Assembly (NCBI GenBank): GCA_965225945.1 | Contig: CBDDBZ010000033.1 | Location: forward strand, 64,001 to 128,000 | Length of the DNA: 64,000 nt | DNA from: Alphaproteobacteria bacterium | Lineage (GTDB): Bacteria; Pseudomonadota; Alphaproteobacteria; GCA-2731375 | Direction of reading: 5' to 3' | Shown: positions 9,889 to 19,146 of the stretch, one piece after another | Position numbering within the stretch: the first letter of the stretch is position 1 | Layout: the number at the start of each line of letters is the position of its first letter | Program-made: the position numbers and the translations under genes | Notes under the pieces: generated by a model | The model's input: the letters and a program-made list of their open reading frames with translations, nothing else | Told to the model about the DNA's origin: nothing | The model's database searches: none

Positions 9889-10977
9889 ATGTCCGACGCG
9901 GACGAAGGCGACCGCCACCACCCGCGCAGCACCGAGAAGCTGATCGGGCACGAGGCAGCGGAGGCGACGCTGATCGGGGCCGCGAGCGGCGGTCGCCTGC
10001 CGCCCGGTTGGCTGATCACCGGGCCAGGCGGCATCGGCAAGGCGACGCTGGCCTATCGGTTCGCCCGCTTCATGCTGGCGGAGGGAGGGGCCGAGGCGGA
10101 TCTCTTCGCCGGCGCGCCGACGAGCCTTCATGTCCCGCCCGATCATCCCGTCTTTCGCCGCGTCGCCGCGCGATCGCATGGCGATCTGATTGCCATCGAA
10201 CGCGAGGCGAGTGCCGGAACCGGTCGTCCCTCGGCCTTCGTTCGCGTCGAACAGGCTCGCGCGGTGGTGGATTTCTTTCGTCTCACCGCCGGCGAAGGTA
10301 CCTGGCGGGTCGCGATCGTCGACGGTGCCGATCAGATGAATCCCAATGCCGCCAATGCCTTGTTGAAGATTTTGGAAGAACCGCCGGAACACGCGTTGTT
10401 GCTGTTGACAGCAGCTGCGCCGAGTCGCGTGATCGCCACCGTCCGCTCGCGCTGCCGCCACCTGGGGCTAAGACCGCTCGGCCACGAGGAGGTCGAGATC
10501 CTGCTCAGCCATCGCCACCCCGATGTTGCGGCCGACGATCGCCGCGCGATCTCAGCTCTGGCAGCCGGCAGTCCCGGGCGGGCGCATGACCTGGTGGCGG
10601 CCGGCGGGCTCGACGCCTATCGCGAGCTGCTGGCCGTGCTGGAAGCGGCGCCGGACCTGGACATGGCCCGTCTCCATGCTCTCGGCGATCGTCTCGCGCG
10701 GAAAGAAAGACAAAATGAATTCGATATTTGGATGGAACTCCTCGGAATTTGGATAAATCGAGGAATCCGCGGGCTCGTGGCCCCATCCGAGCCCGAGGTG
10801 GTGGCCGGAGAGGGGGCGCTGGCCGCCCGCCTGCTGTCTCGGGCCGGCCTTGATCGCTGGCTCGACCTATGGGACAAGGTGGCCCGCCTCGCGAGGGCCG
10901 CGGACGTGCCCGGTCTCGATCGCAAGCAAGTGGTCCTGGCCGCCTTCCTGGCGGTGGCGGAAACCGTTCGCGGTTGA
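9889..10977 (+). CDS. holB: DNA polymerase III subunit delta'
   Basis: [31 protein letters not shown]. Confidence 0.93.
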   Translation: MSDADEGDRHHPRSTEKLIGHEAAEATLIGAASGGRLPPGWLITGPGGIGKATLAYRFARFMLAEGGAEADLFAGAPTSLHVPPDHPVFRRVAARSHGDLIAIEREASAGTGRPSAFVRVEQARAVVDFFRLTAGEGTWRVAIVDGADQMNPNAANALLKILEEPPEHALLLLTAAAPSRVIATVRSRCRHLGLRPLGHEEVEILLSHRHPDVAADDRRAISALAAGSPGRAHDLVAAGGLDAYRELLAVLEAAPDLDMARLHALGDRLARKERQNEFDIWMELLGIWINRGIRGLVAPSEPEVVAGEGALAARLLSRAGLDRWLDLWDKVARLARAADVPGLDRKQVVLAAFLAVAETVRG

Positions 10978-11014
10978 TCGGGACCCTCGACGACGACAAC
11001 CGGACGGCGAAGCC

Positions 11015-12595
11015 ATGAGCGGGCAGGAGCCCTTCTACATCACCACGGCGATCAGCTACCCGAACGGGCCGCCGCACATCGGTCACGCCTACGAGTTGAT
11101 CGCGACCGACGTGATCGCGCGCTTCCACCGGCTGGACGGGCGCGATGTCTTTTTCCTGACCGGCACCGACGAGCACGGCATCAAGATGGAGCAGACGGCG
11201 AGTGCCGAGGGGATCGAGCCGCGCGCGCTGGCGGATCGCATCACGCCGCAATTTCGCCGCATGGCGGAACGGCTCAACGCCTCCAACGACGGTTTCATCC
11301 GCACCACCGAGCCGCGGCATCACGCTGCCGTGCAGGAGCTCTGGCGCCGCATGGCCGGGGCCGGCGATATCTATCTCGACAGCTACGCGGGCTGGTATTC
11401 GGTCCGCGACGAGGCCTATTGGGCCGAGGACGAATTGATCCGGGGCGAGGGGGGCGAGAAGGTCTCGCCGCAAGGTTCGCCGGTCGAATGGGTCGAGGAG
11501 CCGAGTTATTTCTTCCGCCTCTCGGCCTATCAGGACCGCCTGCTGGCGCACTACGAGGCCCACCCGGACTTCATCCAGCCGGAATCACGGCGCAACGAGG
11601 TGGTGAGCTTCGTCCGCTCGGGGCTCCGCGATCTCTCGATCTCGCGCACCACCTTCGGCTGGGGCGTGCCGGTGCCGGGGGATCCGGACCACGTCATGTA
11701 TGTCTGGGTCGATGCGCTCACCAATTATCTGACGGCGACGGGTTTCCCCGCCCGGGACTATGGCGAGCGAACCGCCGATAGTCCCCGCTGGCCCGCCGAT
11801 ATCCACGTCATCGGCAAGGATATCGTGCGCTTCCACTCAGTCTACTGGCCGGCCTTCCTGATCTCGGCCGGCGTGGCGGTGCCGGGTCGCGTGTTCGCCC
11901 ACGGGTTTCTCAACGTCAAGGGAGAAAAGATGTCGAAATCGATCGGCAACGTCATCGATCCGTTTGATTTGGCAGATGGATTCGGCGTCGACCAAGTGCG
12001 CTACTTCTTCATGGCCGAGGTCCGCTTCGGGCAGGACGGCAGCTATTCTCCGGAGGCAATGGTGCGCCGGATCAATAGTGATCTGGCCAACGATTTCGGC
12101 AATCTGGCGCAGCGCGTGCTGGCCATGATCAACCGCAATTGCGCCGGCCGGGCGCCGACGCCGGGAGCGCTGGAGGCACGCGATCAGGCGCTGCTGGACG
12201 GCGCGGCCGGAATTCTACCGATAGCCCGAAAAGCGATAACCGAAACGCTTGATATACACGCGATGTTAGCGGCGATCTGGCGCGTGGTGGGCGAGGCCAA
12301 CCGCTATGTCGATGCCGAGGCACCGTGGGAGCTGAGCAAGACCGATGCCGCCCGGATGGCGACGGTGCTCTATGTGCTGGCCGAGACCCTTCGCCGGCTC
12401 GCCATCCTGGCGCAGCCGACGGTGCCGGAAGGGGCGGGGCGGATCCTCGACCAACTGGGGGTAGCGGAGGCGACGACGGAGCGGAACTTTGCCTGCATCG
12501 ACGACGCAGCGCGGCGGCTGGAGCCGGGCCGCGCGCTACCGAAACCCGAGGGTGTTTTCCCGCGCGTGGCGCTGGCGGAGGTCGGGAAATCGTGA
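11015..12595 (+). CDS. metG: Methionine--tRNA ligase
   Basis: [35 protein letters not shown]. Confidence 0.97.
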   Translation: MSGQEPFYITTAISYPNGPPHIGHAYELIATDVIARFHRLDGRDVFFLTGTDEHGIKMEQTASAEGIEPRALADRITPQFRRMAERLNASNDGFIRTTEPRHHAAVQELWRRMAGAGDIYLDSYAGWYSVRDEAYWAEDELIRGEGGEKVSPQGSPVEWVEEPSYFFRLSAYQDRLLAHYEAHPDFIQPESRRNEVVSFVRSGLRDLSISRTTFGWGVPVPGDPDHVMYVWVDALTNYLTATGFPARDYGERTADSPRWPADIHVIGKDIVRFHSVYWPAFLISAGVAVPGRVFAHGFLNVKGEKMSKSIGNVIDPFDLADGFGVDQVRYFFMAEVRFGQDGSYSPEAMVRRINSDLANDFGNLAQRVLAMINRNCAGRAPTPGALEARDQALLDGAAGILPIARKAITETLDIHAMLAAIWRVVGEANRYVDAEAPWELSKTDAARMATVLYVLAETLRRLAILAQPTVPEGAGRILDQLGVAEATTERNFACIDDAARRLEPGRALPKPEGVFPRVALAEVGKS

Positions 12596-13383
12596 TGCTG
12601 ATCGACAGCCACTGCCATCTCGACATCAAGGGGCTGGACGAGGAGCTCGACGAGGTCATGGCGCGCGCCGAGGCGGCGGGCGTCGGCGCCATGGTCACGA
12701 TCTGCACCCGCGTCGAGGATTTCCCCCGGGTGCTCGAAATCGCGAAGCGGCGCGACAACATCTGGTGTTCGGTCGGCCTGCATCCACACGACGCGGCGCG
12801 AGAGCCCGAACTCGAGACCGAGCATCTGATCCGCCTTTCCGCCCATCCGAAGGTCGTGGGCATCGGCGAATCGGGGCTCGATTTCCACTACGAGAGAAGC
12901 CCGCCCGAGGTCCAGGTCGCACAGTTCCGCAAGCACATCCGGGCGGCGCGCGAGACCGGTTTGCCGCTGATCGTCCACAGCCGCGCGGCCGACGAGGAAA
13001 TGGCGGCAATCCTGCGCGAAGAGAGGGAGGAGGGGCCGTTCAGCGGCGTGATGCACTGCTTCTCCTCGGGCCCGAGCCTGGCCGAAGCCGCCTTGGGGGT
13101 GGGATTGTATCTATCATTTTCGGGTATTCTAACCTTTAAGAACGCCGAGGAGTTGCGTGATATCGCCAAGTCGGTGCCCCGAGAGCGCATTCTGGTGGAG
13201 ACCGACTCGCCCTTCCTGGCGCCGGTGCCGATGCGGGGCAAGCGGTGCGAGCCCGCCTTCCTCGCCCATACCGCGGACGCGCTCGGCCGTCTGCTCGCCA
13301 TCGGGGCCGACGAGGTCGCGCGTCTGACGACGGCCAACTTCCATTCGCTGTTCACCAAGGCGCGGCCGCTGGCGGCGGCGTAG
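12595..13383 (+). CDS. tatD: TatD family hydrolase
   Basis: DSHCH, GLHP, GIGESGLD, HCF, ETDSPFLAP; follows metG. Confidence 0.93.
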   Translation: MLIDSHCHLDIKGLDEELDEVMARAEAAGVGAMVTICTRVEDFPRVLEIAKRRDNIWCSVGLHPHDAAREPELETEHLIRLSAHPKVVGIGESGLDFHYERSPPEVQVAQFRKHIRAARETGLPLIVHSRAADEEMAAILREEREEGPFSGVMHCFSSGPSLAEAALGVGLYLSFSGILTFKNAEELRDIAKSVPRERILVETDSPFLAPVPMRGKRCEPAFLAHTADALGRLLAIGADEVARLTTANFHSLFTKARPLAAA

Positions 13384-13390
13384 GACGGGG

Positions 13391-14149
13391 ATGCGGGTCA
13401 CCGTCCTCGGCTGCGGCACCTCGGGCGGGGTGCCGAGAATCGGGGGGGTCTGGGGTGTCTGCGATCCCCACGAGCCGCGCAACCGGCGCCTCAGGGCCTC
13501 GATCCTGGTCGAATCCGAGAGTAGCGCGATCCTGGTCGACACCTCGCCCGACTTGCGCGCGCAATGCTTGGCGAACGATATCCAACGGCTCGACGCGGTG
13601 CTCTACACCCACGATCACGCCGATCACACCCATGGGATCGACGAACTTCGCGTCTTCGCCATGATGCGGCGCGAACGCGTGCCGATTTATGCCGACGCCG
13701 AGACCTTGGCGACGCTCCGGCAACGCTTCGACTACATCTTCACCTCCCAGACGGGCTATCCGGCGATCTGCGAGGGCCATGAAATCGCGCTCGCGCCGTT
13801 CCGCGTCGCGGGCGTGGACGTGGTCCCGTTCCGCCAGACTCACGGCTTGACGACATCGCTCGGATTTCGTTTTGGATCAATCGCTTATTCGACCGATTTG
13901 AATGAATTGAACGAAGACGCCTTCGCGGCGTTGCAGGGCGTCGACACTTGGATCGTCGACGCCCTTCGCCCCAAGCCGCACCCGACGCACACGCATCTCG
14001 CGCGCACGCTCGAATGGATCGAGCGGGTTCGCCCGCGCCGCGCCTACCTCACCCACATGACTTGGGAGATGGACTACGCCAGCCTTCGCGACTCGCTCCC
14101 CCGAGGCGTCGAGCCCGCCTACGACGGCCTCGTGGTCGAGTCACGCTGA
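13391..14149 (+). CDS. MBL-fold metallo-hydrolase (PhnP-like)
   Basis: LGCGTSGGVP, THDHADHTHG, conserved position after tatD. Confidence 0.9.
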   Translation: MRVTVLGCGTSGGVPRIGGVWGVCDPHEPRNRRLRASILVESESSAILVDTSPDLRAQCLANDIQRLDAVLYTHDHADHTHGIDELRVFAMMRRERVPIYADAETLATLRQRFDYIFTSQTGYPAICEGHEIALAPFRVAGVDVVPFRQTHGLTTSLGFRFGSIAYSTDLNELNEDAFAALQGVDTWIVDALRPKPHPTHTHLARTLEWIERVRPRRAYLTHMTWEMDYASLRDSLPRGVEPAYDGLVVESR

Positions 14150-14617
14150 GGGCGGGTGGTCGAGCAGGTCGAGCACCGGGGCGAGGCTTTCGGGCTCGGC
14201 GGCGATCTCGCGCCGCACGGCCTCGAAGAAGCCCCGGGAGTGGTCGAGCAGGTGCTGGATCGCCGCGCGGTCGGTCTCGGGCGCCAGCTCCAGCATGGCG
14301 ATGAATTGCGACGCCGAGCCGGGTTTGCGGGCATCGTGGATCGCCAGGTTTTCCGCCCACGTCAGGCCGCGCCGCGAGGCGGCCTCGGCCCGGGCTTCCT
14401 CGACCCGCGTCGGCGTCAGGGCATCCTCGCCCGCGATCCGCCGGACGAGTGGGACCAGGCGTTGCTTGGTTTCGCTCTCCAACTGGCCCAGGACCCGCCA
14501 CTTGTAGGCGATCTCCGCATCGCCCGCGTCGGCGGCCAGGGCCGCGAACAGGGCCTCGCCGTACGCCTCGCCCTGATAGGCGGCGAGGACGAGGTCCTCG
14601 TAGTCGTCTCGGGTCAT
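14141..14617 (-). CDS. Hypothetical helical protein (possibly ferritin-like)
   Basis: GC3-biased ORF with RBS GGAGGGAG; AYQGEAYGE / LESET helices. Confidence 0.55.
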   Translation of the reverse strand: MTRDDYEDLVLAAYQGEAYGEALFAALAADAGDAEIAYKWRVLGQLESETKQRLVPLVRRIAGEDALTPTRVEEARAEAASRRGLTWAENLAIHDARKPGSASQFIAMLELAPETDRAAIQHLLDHSRGFFEAVRREIAAEPESLAPVLDLLDHPPSA

Positions 14618-15099
14618 CTCTCCCTCCACCGTTTGCGTGCCGGGATCCCCTCGAAAGGTATCACGAAGTGCTCATCGCTCCGGAGCGCGCTTTACAAGTG
14701 TCGGTGGCGATGAAAAACCGCGCTTAGATGGTGATTTCAGCGACATCGGGCATCGTGGCGCTGTAGCTGCGTGGTTTGCAGGCGGGAGTTGGCTCGGCGC
14801 AGCGGTGGGTAAGTAGCCCGCCGCGGCGACCGCCAAGAGTCTGGCGGCGGCGGGCTGCTTATCCACCGCGGGCGGGCGTCTCGATTCCTGTTTTGGCTGG
14901 CTGGCGGCGGCGGTTCCGCGGACCTGACAAGGGGAGCCGCGGGAGTACACTCGGGCCGCTGAGAACGATGCGGCGCCGGCCCCGTTTGCTTGCTGGCAAC
15001 GACCGGCACCGCACCCCCCGAGCCATGCAAGGCACGACCCATATGCGCAGTATCGTGCGGGTTTGGGCGTGGGTCCACCCCGTTCTCATCGGCTGCGCG

Positions 15100-15561
15100 A
15101 TGAAGAACACCGCCCGCCTGTTCAACTGCGCCTCGTGCCATCAACAGGTGGTTCTCTGCCGGCACTGCGACCACGGCAACATCTACTGTTCACGGAGCTG
15201 CAGCGATCGGGTGCGCCGGCGATCGCAGCGCCATGCCGGGCAGCGCTACCAGAACAGCCGGCGGGGCCGTCACAAGCATGCTGAGCGCCAGCGGCGCTAT
15301 CGCGAACGCCGGCGGCGCCGGACGCCGGTGAATCGGCGCCGCGGGCAGGAAGTGACGCATCACCCTTTGACCGCCGCGCGGCGGCGTCCTGTTGTGGCGC
15401 GGACGCCGGCAGGGCGTCCCGGAACACGGCCCTTCGGGCACGAGCGGCCCGCCAGGGTCTTCCGCGGATGCGATGGGCGCCGCTGCCCGAGGCCGCCAAC
15501 GGCACCAGTTCTGCGGGCAGGCGGTCTATCCGGGGCTGCGCCCGACGGGAAAGGGGGTGAG
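15100..15561 (+). CDS. Cys-rich/Arg-rich ORF, in frame with istA (no stop codon)
   Basis: CASC..CRHC..CSRSC followed by an Arg-rich helix; reads through into the IstA ATG at 15562. Confidence 0.65.
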
Positions 15562-17067
15562 ATGACCATCGACAAGGAGACCCGCGCGGAGATCCTGCGC
15601 CTGTATCACGTCGAGAAGTGGACGGTCGGCACGATCACACGCCAGCTCGGCGTGCATCGCTACACCGTCGAGCGCCTCCTCACCGCGGCCGGCGAGCCCC
15701 GGGACGCGAGGTCGCCCAGGCCGTCGATGATCGATCCATACGTGCCGTTCATCGCCGAGACGCTGGCATCCTGGCCGACGCTGCCCGCCAGCCGGCTCTA
15801 CCAGATGGTGCGCGAACGCGGCTATCCGGGCGGCGGCGACCACTTCCGTCATCTGCTCAGCCACTTCAGGCCCAGGCCCGTGGCCGAGGCCTATCTGCGC
15901 CTCAAGACCCTTCCCGGCGAGCAGGCCCAGGTCGACTGGGGACACTTCGGCAAGGTGACGATCGGCCGCGCGGAGCGCCGCCTGATGGGCTTCGTGATGG
16001 TTCTCAGCTACTCGCGGCGGATCTTCCTGCGCTTCTACCTCGACGCCGGGATGAGCAACTTCCTGCGCGGCCATGTCGAAGCCTTCGAGGCGTGGCAGGG
16101 CGTGCCCCGCGAGCTCTGGTACGACAACCTGAAGAGCGTCGTGCTGGAGCGCCGCGGCGCCGCCATCCGGTTCAATCCCCGGATCCTCGACCTCGCCGGC
16201 CACTACCACTTCCTGCCCAAGCCCGTCGCGGTCGCGCGCGGCAACGAGAAGGGGCGCGTGGAGCGGGCGATTCGCTATGTCCGGACCAGCTTCTTCGCCG
16301 CCCGCCGGTGGCGCGATATCGACGATCTCAACGCCCAGGCCCTGGCCTGGTGCCACGGCATCGCCGCCGACCGCCCCTGGCCCGAAGACCGCTCGATCAC
16401 CGTGCGCGAGGCCTTCGAGCGGGAACGCGGCTCTCTCATCGCGCTGCCCGGCGATCCCTTCCCCGACCACGACCGGGTCGAGGTCGCCATCGGCAAGACC
16501 CCCTACGCCCGCTTCGATCTCAACGATTACAGCGTGCCGCACACCCATGTGCGGCGCACCCTCGTCGTGGTCGCGACGCTCGACGAGGTGCGCATCCTCG
16601 ACGGTGTGGACGTCATCGCCAGCCATCCGCGCAGCTTCGACAAGGCGGCCCGCATCGAGAACCCCGAGCACATCGCCGAGCTGGTCAGGCGCAAGAGCCA
16701 TGCCCGCCGCCTTCGCGGCCAGGACCGGCTGGTCCAGGCCGCGCCCAACAGCGAGCGCCTGCTCGCCGAGGCCGCCCAGCGCGGCGGCTATATAGGCGCC
16801 ACCGTCGCCGCCCTGTTGCGCCTCCTCGACGCCTACGGCGCCGCCGAGCTCGAGGCGGCCATCGACGAGGCCCTGAAGCGGGACGTTCCCCATCCCAACG
16901 CCGTGCGCCTGAGCCTGACCCGGCGGCGCGAGCTGCGGCACCAACCCCCGCCCATCCCCGTCGAACTGCCCGGCGATCCGAGAGTGCGCGACATCACTGT
17001 CCGCGATCACGACCTCGTCGGATACGACGGGCTGGCCGGCGAACCCGAGGAGGACAGCGAGCAATGA
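15562..17067 (+). CDS. istA: IS21 family transposase IstA
   Basis: N-terminal [27 protein letters not shown]; RBS AAGGGGGTG. Confidence 0.95.
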   Translation: MTIDKETRAEILRLYHVEKWTVGTITRQLGVHRYTVERLLTAAGEPRDARSPRPSMIDPYVPFIAETLASWPTLPASRLYQMVRERGYPGGGDHFRHLLSHFRPRPVAEAYLRLKTLPGEQAQVDWGHFGKVTIGRAERRLMGFVMVLSYSRRIFLRFYLDAGMSNFLRGHVEAFEAWQGVPRELWYDNLKSVVLERRGAAIRFNPRILDLAGHYHFLPKPVAVARGNEKGRVERAIRYVRTSFFAARRWRDIDDLNAQALAWCHGIAADRPWPEDRSITVREAFERERGSLIALPGDPFPDHDRVEVAIGKTPYARFDLNDYSVPHTHVRRTLVVVATLDEVRILDGVDVIASHPRSFDKAARIENPEHIAELVRRKSHARRLRGQDRLVQAAPNSERLLAEAAQRGGYIGATVAALLRLLDAYGAAELEAAIDEALKRDVPHPNAVRLSLTRRRELRHQPPPIPVELPGDPRVRDITVRDHDLVGYDGLAGEPEEDSEQ

Positions 17068-17852
17068 ACGATACCCTCATGGGCCGTGCCCGGGCGCTCG
17101 GCCTGCACGGCCTCGCCGCCCACTGGGGCGAGGTCGCCGGGCATGACTGGCCCGCTGCGCTGGTCGCCTGGGAAGAGGAGGAACGGCGAAGCCGCAGCCT
17201 CAAGCGCCGCCTCGGCGACGCCCGCCTCGGACAGTTCAAGCCGCTCGCCGACTTCGACTGGGCATGGCCGCGCCGCTGCGACCGCATGGCCGTCGAGGAT
17301 CTCATGAGCCTCGAGTTCCTCAACGAGGCCGCCAACGTCGTCCTGGTCGGCCCAAACGGCGTCGGCAAGTCGACCATCGCCGCCAATATCGCCCACCGCG
17401 CCGTCCTCGAGGGCCACACCGTGCGCTTCGCCACCGCGGCCAGCATGCTCGGCGAGCTCGCCGCCCTCGACAGCGACACCCTGCTTCAGCGCAGGCTGCG
17501 CTTCTACGCCCGCCAGCACCTGCTGGTGATCGACGAGGTCGGATACCTGTCCTACAGCAACCGCCATGCCGATCTGCTGTTCAACATCGTCTCCAGCCGC
17601 AGCCAGCAGAACTCCACCATAATCACCACCAACCGGCCCTTCGCCGAGTGGGGTGAGGCCTTCCCCAACGCCGCCTGCCTCGTCGCCCTGGTCGACCGCC
17701 TCGTCCACAACGCCGAGATCATCGCCATCGACGCCGAGTCCTGGCGCCGCAAGGAGGCCGAGGAACGCCAGAAGCAGCGCAGCGCCGAGCGCCGCCGGCG
17801 GCGAGCCGGCAAGGCCGGCGCGCAGGACCGCGGGGAACCGCCGCCGGCGTAG
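17064..17852 (+). CDS. istB: IS21 AAA+ helper ATPase IstB
   Basis: Walker A GPNGVGKS, Walker [23 protein letters not shown]; ATGA overlap with istA. Confidence 0.95.
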   Translation: MNDTLMGRARALGLHGLAAHWGEVAGHDWPAALVAWEEEERRSRSLKRRLGDARLGQFKPLADFDWAWPRRCDRMAVEDLMSLEFLNEAANVVLVGPNGVGKSTIAANIAHRAVLEGHTVRFATAASMLGELAALDSDTLLQRRLRFYARQHLLVIDEVGYLSYSNRHADLLFNIVSSRSQQNSTIITTNRPFAEWGEAFPNAACLVALVDRLVHNAEIIAIDAESWRRKEAEERQKQRSAERRRRRAGKAGAQDRGEPPPA

Positions 17853-17854
17853 CC

Positions 17855-18751
17855 ATGGATGGTCCCCGCCTCTGGGACCGGCGGGTGCGGGCCGAGGCCC
17901 TGCGAGGCTATCCCCTCGAAGACGTCGTCCGCCGCCTCGGCTACCGCCGCGATCCCACCGATGCCGCGCGCTGGAGGCGTCCCGGATCCGTCGTCAGCAT
18001 CAACGGCTTTATGTTCTACGAACATCTGCGCGGCGAGGGCGGGGGCGGAGCGATCGACCTGGTAATCCATGCCTGCCGGTGCACCGTGCCCGAGGCCCTC
18101 GGCTTCTTCTCGGAACTGCCGTGCCGTGACCGGTTCCCGGCCGATCGCCACCCGAAGCCGCCGTGCCCGGACCGCCACTGGCCCGCCATCCAGAGCTACC
18201 TCGTCGAGCAGCGCGGCCTCGCGGATGTGCTCGTCGCCCTGTGCCGCGACCTCGGCTTGCTCTACGCCGACCGCCACGGCAACGCCGTGTTCGTCCGCCG
18301 AAACGCGGCCGGCGAGGCTCTCGGCGCCGAGATCGTCCCTGCCGCGGCGCCACGCCGCCTCGCGCCGACCGGCGCCGCCGCGCGCGGCGGCTTCTGGATG
18401 TCGTGGGAACCCGACTGGCCGAACTCCGTCATCCTCGCCAAGAACGCAATCGACGCCCTGTCGGTCCTCTCCCTCCACCTCGTCCCGGCCGGGCGCAAGG
18501 GATGCGCCGTGGTCTCAACCGGCGGCGCCACCGCAAGCCTCCCCGAATGGATCGAGGCCTGGAACCCCGGCCGGATCTTCTGCGCCTACGACGCCACCCG
18601 CCAGGGCGATGACGCCGCGGCACGGCTCATCCGAAACGACAGCAGGGTCGTCCGCCTGCGCCCTGCCCTCGACGGCCTGGACTGGAACGACATGCTCATG
18701 CGCGACCGCGCCGGCGAACCGCTCCAGATCGATGACCGGCCCCTCGACTGA
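17855..18751 (+). CDS. DUF3991/Toprim-like (primase-related) protein, catalytic residues degenerate
   Basis: GGGGAIDLV, YLVEQRGL, AIDALS, CAYDA..GD, DWNDML are primase/Toprim-type motifs; starts 2 nt after the istB stop. Confidence 0.75.
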   Translation: MDGPRLWDRRVRAEALRGYPLEDVVRRLGYRRDPTDAARWRRPGSVVSINGFMFYEHLRGEGGGGAIDLVIHACRCTVPEALGFFSELPCRDRFPADRHPKPPCPDRHWPAIQSYLVEQRGLADVLVALCRDLGLLYADRHGNAVFVRRNAAGEALGAEIVPAAAPRRLAPTGAAARGGFWMSWEPDWPNSVILAKNAIDALSVLSLHLVPAGRKGCAVVSTGGATASLPEWIEAWNPGRIFCAYDATRQGDDAAARLIRNDSRVVRLRPALDGLDWNDMLMRDRAGEPLQIDDRPLD

Positions 18752-18908
18752 ATAGCCACAGCGCGAAACAAAATCAGCCAAGCCCAAAAGCATCCCGTCA
18801 GCCAACCGCCACCGACCGCTCAAAAAGAGCACCATATAAGCGCACCCTGGAACCACCGCTAACAACAAGCGGGGCCCGAGCGGCCACCTTGGCGCCGAGA
18901 GGCGAGGG

Positions 18909-19136
18909 ATGACCGAGATGCAAGTCCAAATCGAGTACTGCGTGCCTTGAAACTACCTCCCCCGAGCCCTCCGTGCGAGGGAAAGACTGGAGGAGAAATA
19001 TGGCGCCGAGGTGGAACTGGTGAAGGGCGTGGCCGGCGTCTTCGACATCACCGTCGAGGGTGAACTGCGCTATTCCAAGAAACAGACCGGCCGGTTTCCG
19101 AGCGACGAGGAGGTCGACGCCACCGGCGCGATGTGA
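18909..19136 (+). CDS. Rdx (SelW/SelT/SelH) family selenoprotein, Sec at TGA 18948-18950
   Basis: MTEMQVQIEYCVPUNYLPRA...ELVKGVAGVFDITVEGELRYSKKQTGRFPSDEEV: CxxU plus GxFxI and GRFP motifs; 75 aa on readthrough. Confidence 0.9.
18956..18993 (+). promoter_or_regulatory. Bacterial SECIS-like hairpin
   Basis: CCTCC/GGAGG lower stem, CCCTC/GAGGG upper stem, apical loop CGTGC with G 23 nt after the UGA. Confidence 0.7.
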
Positions 19137-19146
19137 CTAGCGGCGC

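Larger units (their letters stand above)
14699..18864 (+). mobile_element. IS21-family transposon with passenger gene (4166 bp)
   Basis: TGT...ACA ends, both with GCGCTTA(G/T)ATGGTG 21 nt inside; 5-bp TSD ACAAG at 14694-14698 and 18865-18869; contains istA and istB. Confidence 0.9.

Noticed and set aside
14776-15099. N-terminal extension of the 763-aa IstA ORF
   Set aside because: Low-complexity Arg/Pro translation over a strongly base-paired region with no RBS; treated as non-coding leader.
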